Assembly (NCBI GenBank): GCA_036676495.1
Contig: JAKFCT010000026.1
Location: forward strand, 1-21,956
Length of the DNA: 21,956 nucleotides
Reading direction: 5' to 3'
From: Candidatus Sericytochromatia bacterium
GTDB taxonomy: Bacteria; Cyanobacteriota; Sericytochromatia; S15B-MN24; UBA4093
A program made the position numbers and the translations under genes. Under the pieces are notes generated by a model. The model was given only the letters and a program-made list of their open reading frames with translations. It was not told where the DNA came from and did no database searches. Below, one piece after another: positions 1 through 7,271 of the stretch. How positions within the stretch are numbered: the first letter of the stretch is position 1; every line of letters begins with the position of its first letter.

Positions 1-16
1 TAGGATTGAGATACGC

Positions 17-1267
17 ATGAAGTTCACCAAGAAGCTCGACCTCAGCGTCCTAGGCTGGTTCGCGCTGCTCTCCTGCGTCCTGGTCGTCCTCCTCGGCTTC
101 ATCGCCTTCAAGGAGGAGAACCGGGAGTGGAAGAACGTCCAGAAGCAGTACTACGCCGTGGAGCAGAAGGTCGCCGCCGCGCAGGGCCGCGAAGTCCCTC
201 CCCAGAAGCTCGCGCTCAAGCAGGTCATGGTCAAGGACCTCGGTGCGGTTGATCGCTGCATCACCTGCCACGTGGGCATCGACGACCCCAACATGACCAA
301 GGAAGCGGTCGTCGAGGCCGGCGGAAACTACAAGGTCTTCGCCCAGCACCCCGACTTCGACACCTTCATGGGCAAGCACCCGGTCGACAAGTTCTCCTGC
401 ACCACCTGCCACCAGGGTCAGGGACTCGCCACCACCGAGGCCGACGCCCACGGCTTCGTCCACAAGTGGGACTTCCCCATGCTGGGCGACAACCACAAGG
501 ACGAGATGACCAAGTATGCGCAGGCCTCCTGCGCCACCTGCCACTCGAACCCCAACGACTGGGAGAAGATCGGCGCCAACAAGCTCGCCGAGGGCCGCAA
601 GATCGTCAACGACTACGGCTGCGTCTCCTGCCACAAGATCGAGGGCAAGGGCGGCATCATCGGCCCCGACCTCACCACCATCGGCGACAAGCTCCCCAGC
701 CAGTTCCACGCGGCCCTGGCCTTCGAGCCCATCAAGGAAGCGATCAAGGAAGGGAAGTTCCAGGGCGTCTCCAAGGATCACCAGATCCACGACGACGCCG
801 CCACCTGGCATGACTTCCACTTCATGAACCCCCAGGCCGTCTCCCCCGGCTCCACGATGCCCGCCTACGGCTTCACCAAGGAGCAGCGCGAGGCCCTGAT
901 CACCTGGATCTTCGCCCAGAAGAAGCGGAACGTTCCGGCTTCCTACCTGATCGAGGGTGCCTCCGGTGGGGGCGCCACCCCGGCCAAGGCCGCGGCGGAA
1001 CCCGCCAAGGTCGCGGCGGCTAGCACCAAGGGCCTGGATCTCTTCGGAGCCAAGACCTGCGGCGCCTGCCACGCCCTGACCGGCGTCCCCGGCGCGGTCG
1101 GCGCCGTCGGCCCCAGCCTCGACGGCATCGGCAAGACCCGCGACGTCGCGTTCCTGACCAAGTGGCTCAAGGACCCCGCGGCCGTCAAGCCCGGCACCAC
1201 GATGCCCAACCTGGGTCTCACGGACGACGAGTCCAAGGCGATCGCCGAGTTCCTGGTTAGCAAGTAG
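17..1267 (+). CDS. Membrane-anchored multiheme (5 x CxxCH) cytochrome c, probably the c subunit of a cytochrome bc-type complex
   Basis: N-terminal hydrophobic helix (WFALLSCVLVVLLGFIAF); heme motifs CITCH, CTTCH, CATCH, CVSCH, CGACH; the last two lie in class-I cytochrome c domains with GPxL and distal Met ligands (PGSTMP, PGTTMP); strong GC3 codon bias. Confidence 0.9.
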   Translation: MKFTKKLDLSVLGWFALLSCVLVVLLGFIAFKEENREWKNVQKQYYAVEQKVAAAQGREVPPQKLALKQVMVKDLGAVDRCITCHVGIDDPNMTKEAVVEAGGNYKVFAQHPDFDTFMGKHPVDKFSCTTCHQGQGLATTEADAHGFVHKWDFPMLGDNHKDEMTKYAQASCATCHSNPNDWEKIGANKLAEGRKIVNDYGCVSCHKIEGKGGIIGPDLTTIGDKLPSQFHAALAFEPIKEAIKEGKFQGVSKDHQIHDDAATWHDFHFMNPQAVSPGSTMPAYGFTKEQREALITWIFAQKKRNVPASYLIEGASGGGATPAKAAAEPAKVAAASTKGLDLFGAKTCGACHALTGVPGAVGAVGPSLDGIGKTRDVAFLTKWLKDPAAVKPGTTMPNLGLTDDESKAIAEFLVSK

Positions 1268-1316
1268 CCATCCCTCGCCGCCGGCGCTCGCGCCAGTCAG
1301 CGGCAACCCAAGCAAC

Positions 1317-1346
1317 GAGGCCGGATCCCCGCGGGGATCCGGCCTC
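1317..1346. terminator. GC-rich hairpin between convergent genes, probable bidirectional terminator
   Basis: GAGGCCGGATCCC-CGCG-GGGATCCGGCCTC perfect inverted repeat; only a weak T tail (TTGCCTTGCTT). Confidence 0.65.
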
Positions 1347-1355
1347 TTGCCTTGC

Positions 1356-2204
1356 TTAACGGTTCAGATCCCGGCCGTAGGTCACCTCCTGGCGTCCCCG
1401 CTCCTCGCGCTTGATCATGTCTTCGCGCAGGTGACGGTTGTAGTCGGCGACGGCAATGCCGCCCGCGATCGGGTTCCGCGCCACCTCATTGAGGTGCGCC
1501 CGCATGCCGAGCCAGGTGCCCAGGACGGCGACGCCGTGGATCAGCAGGACGCCCAGGCTGAACCAGCCGACGTTGCTGCCCAGCAGCCGGATCGTCGCGG
1601 CGTCGAGCCCGAGACCGGTCGGAAGGTTCAGGTTCGGGGTGCCCGGAGCCACCGCCGCCTGGCCCGCCGCCACTCCCGACGCGACCGCCGAGCCCAGGCT
1701 CAGCGCGAAGATGGCCAAAAGGACGGGCAGCGAGGAGATCAGCGCCCCCAGCACGAACCCGTTGAGGATCGAGCCCCAGCTCGATCTCAGGTTGGCCGTC
1801 CAGCCCGTGATCAGGGCTCCCACGAAGGTGGCCAGGAGCAGGACGAGTCCGGTCACCACGCCGGCCGTCGTGGGAGCGACGCCCGGAGCCGCCCCCGGAG
1901 CCGCGCCCGGCGTCGGAGCCACCGTCGCGGCGCCGATCGCCACGGCCAGCGCCCCCAGCACCAGAGTCAACGCGAAGTAAGCGAAGAAGCCTCCCCAAAT
2001 CGACCCCCAGCGCATCTCATCCCCGGCCATCGGGGAGATCTGCTCGTTACGCGTGAAGGGCAGATCGACCTCGCGGACGTCTGCCGTCGTGTCCAGGCCT
2101 CTTCCCATGATCATGCTGCGCCGCAAGTCGGGTTCGGTCCCGACGTCGGCGCGCGGCGCCTCGATATTGCTCCGAGGCATGTTGACGTCGCGGTCGCGAT
2201 CCAT
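1356..2204 (-). CDS. Hypothetical integral membrane protein (about 4-5 TM helices) with charged N- and C-terminal tails
   Basis: SD AAAAGGAGG upstream of ATG on the minus strand; WGSIWGGFF starts the first hydrophobic segment; several Gly/Ala/Leu-rich helices; GAAP repeat loop. Confidence 0.8.
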   Translation of the reverse strand: MDRDRDVNMPRSNIEAPRADVGTEPDLRRSMIMGRGLDTTADVREVDLPFTRNEQISPMAGDEMRWGSIWGGFFAYFALTLVLGALAVAIGAATVAPTPGAAPGAAPGVAPTTAGVVTGLVLLLATFVGALITGWTANLRSSWGSILNGFVLGALISSLPVLLAIFALSLGSAVASGVAAGQAAVAPGTPNLNLPTGLGLDAATIRLLGSNVGWFSLGVLLIHGVAVLGTWLGMRAHLNEVARNPIAGGIAVADYNRHLREDMIKREERGRQEVTYGRDLNR

Positions 2205-2400
2205 AACGTGAGCCTCCTTTCACCCAGGGTGATACGACCATGTCGTAGCGCGAGCTTAATGTATCTTCACAATGATGACAACCCGCGCCTCTTTTCTGAA
2301 GCGGGTTTGCGGGATCCCGCCCCCCTGAAACCCCCAGCCGACAGCGAATCTGGTATTCTGAGGGGGGTCAGGAAGGCCCCGCATGGAGAACGAGAGCGCC

Positions 2401-2739
2401 ATGAGCGACAAGATGAGCCGGCAGCAATTCCTTCGCGAGGGGTTGAGCCGTTTCCTACAGGGGCTCTGGGGGGAGACGGAAGACGCGCCCGCAGGCCCCA
2501 GCTGGCAGCGGCCTCCCGGCGCCCTGCCGGAAGCCGAGTTCTTGCGCGCATGCACCCGCTGCGATCTCTGCGTCAAAGTCTGCCCTCACTGGGCCCTCAA
2601 GGTCGCCACCCGGCATGACGCCCCCCCGCCGGGGACGCCGTTCCTGCATGATCCCGGGGCCGACGCCTGTGCGCGCTGCCCGGAACAGCCCTGCATCGGT
2701 TCCTGCCCGACGGGCGCCCTGCGTCCCCTGGGAGGCTAA
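2401..2739 (+). CDS. 4Fe-4S dicluster ferredoxin, NapG/MauM/NapF-like N-terminal half
   Basis: RPPGALPEAEFLRACTRCDLCVKVCP and CARCPEQPCIGSCPTGAL are typical NapG/MauM signatures; start ambiguous (2383, 2401 or 2413). Confidence 0.85.
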   Translation: MSDKMSRQQFLREGLSRFLQGLWGETEDAPAGPSWQRPPGALPEAEFLRACTRCDLCVKVCPHWALKVATRHDAPPPGTPFLHDPGADACARCPEQPCIGSCPTGALRPLGG

Positions 2740-2775
2740 GTATTTTTCCACAAATGGCTTGCTGGGCGGCTGTTA

Positions 2776-2784
2776 TGGTAGAAT
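2776..2784 (+). promoter_or_regulatory. Putative extended -10 promoter element (TGGTAGAAT)
   Basis: TGn-TAGAAT in the intergenic region about 120 bp upstream of the 2907 ORF. Confidence 0.5.
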
Positions 2785-2906
2785 GGAGCCGAGTTTCCCT
2801 GTCAGGGAGCCTGATAAACCCAGGCCCTTCGGGGATTAGCAGGAATGGGGGGCGCTGACCCCCGCCCTACCGCCCCAATCAGCGGCTTTAAGGAGAACGA
2901 CACCCC

Positions 2907-3317
2907 ATGATGACCGCGCTCGCCGCCGGAGCCAAAGTCGTAGAAGGGTACTGGTACCCGGATGCTTTGGCGCAAATCCTCTTGCTGTTTGGCTTCACCA
3001 TCTTCTTCACCTTCCTCGGGAACTTCTGGTTCGCGCTCGCTAACAAGCGCCGTTCCATGAAGAGCTGGATGGTCGCAGCCTTCAAGGCCTCCATCGCCTG
3101 GACGGGCTTCATCTTCGTCGCCATCGTCCTCCCGATCGCCATCTACGGTCAGGGCCTCAACCTCCTTCAGAACAAGACCGTGGGCGGCATCTTCTTCACC
3201 CCCTTCCTCGCGGAGAGCGTGGCGGGAGCTGGAGCCTTCGGCCTCTGCATCGCCCTGATCATCGGCTACGTGGCCCTCTTCTACACCAAGAACTTCCGCT
3301 GGTTCCTCAAGGCCTAG
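2907..3317 (+). CDS. Small hypothetical membrane protein (3 TM helices)
   Basis: SD TAAGGAG upstream; three hydrophobic segments separated by Lys/Arg loops; strongly biased codons (TTC, ATC, AAG). Confidence 0.8.
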   Translation: MMTALAAGAKVVEGYWYPDALAQILLLFGFTIFFTFLGNFWFALANKRRSMKSWMVAAFKASIAWTGFIFVAIVLPIAIYGQGLNLLQNKTVGGIFFTPFLAESVAGAGAFGLCIALIIGYVALFYTKNFRWFLKA

Positions 3318-3347
3318 CCTTAATCGGCAGCCGCAGACGCTAGCGTT

Positions 3348-3379
3348 CGACGAGGCCGCCCTTCGGGGCGGCCTCGTCG
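3348..3379 (+). terminator. 14-bp stem with TTCG tetraloop, probable terminator or 3' stabiliser
   Basis: CGACGAGGCCGCCC-TTCG-GGGCGGCCTCGTCG; no T tract follows. Confidence 0.6.
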
Positions 3380-3426
3380 CGTGGGTCCCCGCCTGAAACA
3401 AACGGTTCCGGAGCGCGCCGAGGAGG

Positions 3427-3432
3427 TATAAT
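3427..3432 (+). promoter_or_regulatory. Consensus -10 box (TATAAT) upstream of queF
   Basis: Perfect TATAAT in high-GC DNA about 80 bp before the queF start; no good -35. Confidence 0.5.
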
Positions 3433-3509
3433 GGCCTTTCGGCATCCGTCGCGCCGGCGACGCTGAAGCCCCCCCCCACAGCAACACCCCCTTGGAATGG
3501 AGATCCGCG

Positions 3510-3905
3510 ATGGACGGCATTACGCAACTCGGTCGCCCCACCCACGTTCCCACCTCCCCGGAGGAGGCTCGGCTAGAGGCATTCCCCAACCCGAACCCGG
3601 CCCGCAGCTACACGATCGAGTTCACCTGCCCGGAGTTCACCGCCTTCTGCCCCATCACCCACCAGCCCGACTTCGCCGAGATCCGCATCTCCTACGTGCC
3701 GGACGAGCGCTGCGTGGAGCTCAAGAGCCTCAAGCTCTACCTGGGCTCCTTCCGCAACCAGGGCATCTTCCATGAGGCCGTCACCAACCGGATCCTCGAC
3801 GATCTGGTCGCCGTCCTGGCCCCCCGCCAGATGACCGTCGTCGGCGACTTCTCCGTCCGCGGCGGCATCAAGACCGTCGTGACGGCCACCTATACCAAGC
3901 CCTAA
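3510..3905 (+). CDS. queF: NADPH-dependent 7-cyano-7-deazaguanine (preQ0) reductase, type I
   Basis: PEFTAFCPITHQPDFA with catalytic Cys/Asp; QueF motif ELKSLKLYL; FHE; VRGGI; SD GGAG before ATG 3510. Confidence 0.95.
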   Translation: MDGITQLGRPTHVPTSPEEARLEAFPNPNPARSYTIEFTCPEFTAFCPITHQPDFAEIRISYVPDERCVELKSLKLYLGSFRNQGIFHEAVTNRILDDLVAVLAPRQMTVVGDFSVRGGIKTVVTATYTKP

Positions 3906-3927
3906 ACGCCTGCGGCGCGACTCCGCG

Positions 3928-3958
3928 TAGCCCCGGTGCCAAATCGGCGCCGGGGCTA
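3928..3958 (+). terminator. Hairpin downstream of queF
   Basis: TAGCCCCGGTGCC-AAATC-GGCGCCGGGGCTA, 13-bp stem with one G-U pair. Confidence 0.5.
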
Positions 3959-4081
3959 GGTTATGCCCGTCGCTTCCCGCGCGTAACCTGACAGGGTCGC
4001 CCTTTCGGGACTTGCTCAGTTTGCCGAGCGGCTGGGTACAATAACCTTGCAAGCAATGGTGCTAGCAAGGAGGGGCGCTCC

Positions 4082-5323
4082 ATGGGCAAGATCGGATTGG
4101 TCCTTTGCGGCGGGGTCGCCAAAGGGGCCTATGAAGCAGGTGTTCTCAAGGCCCTGGCGGAGCAGCAGATCTACCCCGACGTGATCGTCGGCATTTCCGC
4201 CGGCGCCATCAACGGGGCCTTTGCCGCCCAGATGCTCGCCACCGGACAGTTCACCGCCTCCGTCGTGGAGCGCGAGCTCCTCTACCACTGGCGCGAAACC
4301 GTCGACGCCCATCACCTCTACCACGGCTTCGATCGCAAGGACCTCCCGCCCCTCGAGCAAAAGAGCCTGAAGTCCCTCTTCCAGCGGCTCGGCATCGACC
4401 CGCTGCGCCGCCAGTACCGCCCCCGCATCGGCTTCGACTCGCTCTTCGCGTTCGAGCAACTCGTCCGGGGCGATTTCATCTCGCTCATCAACCACGACTT
4501 CATCCGGGGCATGCTCGAGTCCTACCTGCACTTCCCCCCGGTGGTCAAGCGTGACGTCACCCTCTCGGTGGTCACCTCCGACCTCAAGGGCAGCACCACC
4601 TTCACCGAGGACATGAAGCTCAACACCGAGTACTCGTCCTTCGACGAGTACCGCTGGCATGCCGGCATCACCGAGGACGACTGGGAGGAGATGAGCCCCC
4701 GGATGCAGGACATGATCCTCGCGTCGAGCTCCTTTCCCTTCATCTTCCCCCCGCTCGAGACCTCGGAACCTGACGGCGGCCATTCGAGCTTCCTCGTCGA
4801 CGGCGGCTTGATGGATTCGGCCCCCATCGGCCGCGCCATCAAGCTGGACCCTGAAATCGACACCATCCTCGTGGTCTCCGGAGTGACGGTAGTGGACCCC
4901 CCGGAATCCGATCTCCAGACGCTGCATCAGGTGCTCGGCCGAGTCTTCTCGCTGCTGGCGGGACGCTTCCTGATCCAGAACTACCACAAGGTACTCCAGT
5001 GCAACGACCGGATCACGCGCCTCGACGCCATGGTCAAGCGCGGGAAGAACGGCAGCGTCCTGCACAACGCGCATAACGAGGACCTCTCGCGGCTCGCGGG
5101 CTTCAAGGGGCTCGACGACTACCTGAGCCGCCGCGTCGTCCGCCTGGTCCCGATCTTCCCGAACCCCGGCCTTCCCGGCGACGTCTTCGACGGCTTCTTC
5201 CAGCCCGAGTTGCGCGCTCAGTACATCGATCAGGGCTACATGGACGCCATGGCCGCGGTCGGCCGCGAGGCCCGGATCACGGCCAGCGAGCCCATCGCCT
5301 CCCCCTTCCAAAGCCTGGTCTGA
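4082..5323 (+). CDS. Patatin-like phospholipase
   Basis: Oxyanion loop LCGGVAKGAYEAG, nucleophile elbow GISAG, ASSSFP, catalytic Asp in DGG; SD AAGGAGG. Confidence 0.92.
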   Translation: MGKIGLVLCGGVAKGAYEAGVLKALAEQQIYPDVIVGISAGAINGAFAAQMLATGQFTASVVERELLYHWRETVDAHHLYHGFDRKDLPPLEQKSLKSLFQRLGIDPLRRQYRPRIGFDSLFAFEQLVRGDFISLINHDFIRGMLESYLHFPPVVKRDVTLSVVTSDLKGSTTFTEDMKLNTEYSSFDEYRWHAGITEDDWEEMSPRMQDMILASSSFPFIFPPLETSEPDGGHSSFLVDGGLMDSAPIGRAIKLDPEIDTILVVSGVTVVDPPESDLQTLHQVLGRVFSLLAGRFLIQNYHKVLQCNDRITRLDAMVKRGKNGSVLHNAHNEDLSRLAGFKGLDDYLSRRVVRLVPIFPNPGLPGDVFDGFFQPELRAQYIDQGYMDAMAAVGREARITASEPIASPFQSLV

Positions 5324-5324
5324 G

Positions 5325-6473
5325 ATGCTCGACCGCAACCACCTGCTTGCGGCCCTCGAATCCCGTGCTGCGGACTTCAACCGCTTCGACCGTAACCGGC
5401 ACGAGGCGATCGCCCGCCTCCAAGAGGCGCTTTCCAGTCTGGAAGCCCAGGGCCGGCTCGCCCTCGAGGCGAGCCTCGGCGACGCCGCGGCTCCCGGCGC
5501 TTTGCCCACCCCCGAACTGGACCGCGGCCTCGTCCATCCCTTTTCCGAGACCTTCCAGCACCACCCCGATGCCCTCTCCTGGGCCCAGCGCCAGCTCGAA
5601 GGCCTGACGAGCTTCGCGGCCGACGGCAGCCAGATCGAGCCCGACAACCGCTATGACGTCCCGGTGGCCCTCATCCAGGTGGGAAGCTTCGAGAACCGGC
5701 ATCAGAGCGAAGGCTCCTACCGCAAGGAGACCGAACTCCAGGTCCTCACTCCCGAGGAGCTCGACGGCGAAGGTCCCGTCAAACGCCTGGTCGACCTGGC
5801 ACGCTTCGAGCGTGAGCTCTCCGCGCTCATCCGCTTCATGACCGAAGGCGCGCCCGGGACGGGACGTCGAAAGCTGGTCTTCATGGACGGCTCGCTCATC
5901 GTCTCCTTTGCCGAGAAGCAGGGCAAGGACCCGCATGCCTCGCGCTACGTCTCGACGATCCTCGCGCTCCTCGAGGCCTCCGAGGCGACCCGCACCCCGC
6001 TCGTCGCCTATGTCGACGGCTCCCGCGCCAAGGATCTCGCCCGGATGGCGGGCCTCGCCTCCGGAGTGGAGGGCGGGACGGTCAGCGACGCCATGCTGCT
6101 GGAGGGAAGGTTGCGCTGGGGCGATCGCACCGCGGCCTTCCGCTGTGCCCGCGAGGGGATCCTGGACTCCTACGGCCGCCACCGTCGGGACATCGCCTTC
6201 ACGTACCTGCAGGTGCGCGAGGGCCACCCACCGGCCCGCCTGGAATTTCCGGCCTGGATGCTGGACGGGATCGACGGCGTCGTCGACGCCGTGCGCGCCG
6301 ACGCGATCGCCGGGGGAGGGTACCCGTACACCCTGGCAGCGGCCGATGCCACGGCGGTGCTCACGACCGGCGATCGCGACCGCTTCCAGCGCACCCTCGA
6401 GGACTTCCTGGAGCGCAAGGAGATCCCCCGCGTCTTCTCGAACAAGGCGCTCTCCAAGGTACGCCGGCGCTGA
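5325..6473 (+). CDS. nurA: NurA-family nuclease
   Basis: Acidic motifs AADGSQ and FMDGSL, AYVDGS, RLEFPAW and C-terminal GYPYTL..A, in the order expected for NurA; HerA gene nearby. Confidence 0.85.
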   Translation: MLDRNHLLAALESRAADFNRFDRNRHEAIARLQEALSSLEAQGRLALEASLGDAAAPGALPTPELDRGLVHPFSETFQHHPDALSWAQRQLEGLTSFAADGSQIEPDNRYDVPVALIQVGSFENRHQSEGSYRKETELQVLTPEELDGEGPVKRLVDLARFERELSALIRFMTEGAPGTGRRKLVFMDGSLIVSFAEKQGKDPHASRYVSTILALLEASEATRTPLVAYVDGSRAKDLARMAGLASGVEGGTVSDAMLLEGRLRWGDRTAAFRCAREGILDSYGRHRRDIAFTYLQVREGHPPARLEFPAWMLDGIDGVVDAVRADAIAGGGYPYTLAAADATAVLTTGDRDRFQRTLEDFLERKEIPRVFSNKALSKVRRR

Positions 6474-6574
6474 GAGGGCCGGCACCGCCGCGATCCGGCG
6501 GCGATCGCGCTAAGGTATACTAGGAATCAGCCGTTGCCCGCGCTGAGCGCCCATCCGCCAGAAAGGAACCCGAC

Positions 6575-7267
6575 TTGAAGCACTCCATCCAGTTTCAACC
6601 CGCCTACTCTCTGGCCGTCATCCAACTCGACGCCGGAGAGCGCGTCCGCGCCGAAGCCGGCGCCATGGTCTCCATGTCCGGAACCATCGAGCTGGAAGCC
6701 AAGTTCAATACCGGTGGCAAGGGCTTGATGGGCATGCTCAAGCGGACCGTGCTCGGGGGAGAGAGCCTCTTCCTCTCGACGCTGACGGCCAAGTCGGGCC
6801 CTGGCGAGGTGACCCTTGCGCCGTCAATGCCCGGAGACATCCTTCCCCTGACGCTCAGCGGGGAGACCCTGCTGACCGAGCGGGGAGCGTTCCTGGCGGC
6901 GGCCGACGGGGTCGAGATGGACGCCCAGTTCGCCGGCCTGAGGGGCTTGATGGGGGGAGAAGGCCTCTCCTACCTGCGCTTCTCCGGCCATGGCCTGCTG
7001 CTGCTCGCCGCCTTCGGCGGGATCTACGCCCGGGAGCTGGCCCCCGGCGAACGCTACATCGTCGATTCCAGCCATCTCGTGGCCTTCGAGGAGCGGGTGA
7101 GCTACCTGGTCCGCAAGGCCGCGTCCGGCTGGATCTCCAGCTTCACCAGCGGAGAGGGCCTCGTCATGGAGTTCACCGGTCCGGGCCGCCTCTGGCTCCA
7201 GACCCGCAACCCCCGGGCGAACGCGGAATGGCTGAGCGCCTTCCTGCCCAAGCCCAGCGCCGAGTAA
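6575..7267 (+). CDS. TIGR00266 / AIM24 family protein
   Basis: AEAGAMVSM, GGESLF, LAPSMPGDI, GGEGL, YIVDSSHLVAF, SGEGLVMEFTGPGRLWLQTRN; TTG start after SD AAAGGA. Confidence 0.92.
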   Translation: MKHSIQFQPAYSLAVIQLDAGERVRAEAGAMVSMSGTIELEAKFNTGGKGLMGMLKRTVLGGESLFLSTLTAKSGPGEVTLAPSMPGDILPLTLSGETLLTERGAFLAAADGVEMDAQFAGLRGLMGGEGLSYLRFSGHGLLLLAAFGGIYARELAPGERYIVDSSHLVAFEERVSYLVRKAASGWISSFTSGEGLVMEFTGPGRLWLQTRNPRANAEWLSAFLPKPSAE

Positions 7268-7271
7268 GCCC

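Noticed and set aside
50-1315. 421-aa antisense ORF over the cytochrome c gene (likewise 4016-5647, 5277-6485, 7627-9546, 11147-12577, 13110-14510, 19183-20580 and 20791-21753)
   Set aside because: Shadow ORFs expected opposite high-GC3 genes; no recognisable motifs, and each overlaps a well-supported gene on the other strand.
1317-1346. Third copy of the dRS3/REP-like repeat
   Set aside because: Shares only a GATCCCC/GGGGATC core; lacks the GTCAT flank and the N8 spacer; better explained as a terminator.
1874-1920. Imperfect 12-bp tandem repeat
   Set aside because: Degenerate at codon third positions; simply encodes the PGAAPGAAPGVAP loop.
2256-2272. CRP-like site (TTAAT-N6-TCACA), with ATCTTCACAA repeated at 20582-20591
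   Set aside because: Only one half-site matches, and a single 10-mer recurrence in 22 kb is not significant.
3433-3509. preQ1 riboswitch upstream of queF
   Set aside because: No A-rich 3' tail or loop consensus of class I and no recognisable class II/III pattern.
4082-5323. CBASS CapV assignment for the patatin
   Set aside because: No CD-NTase or Cap2/Cap3 genes in the window.
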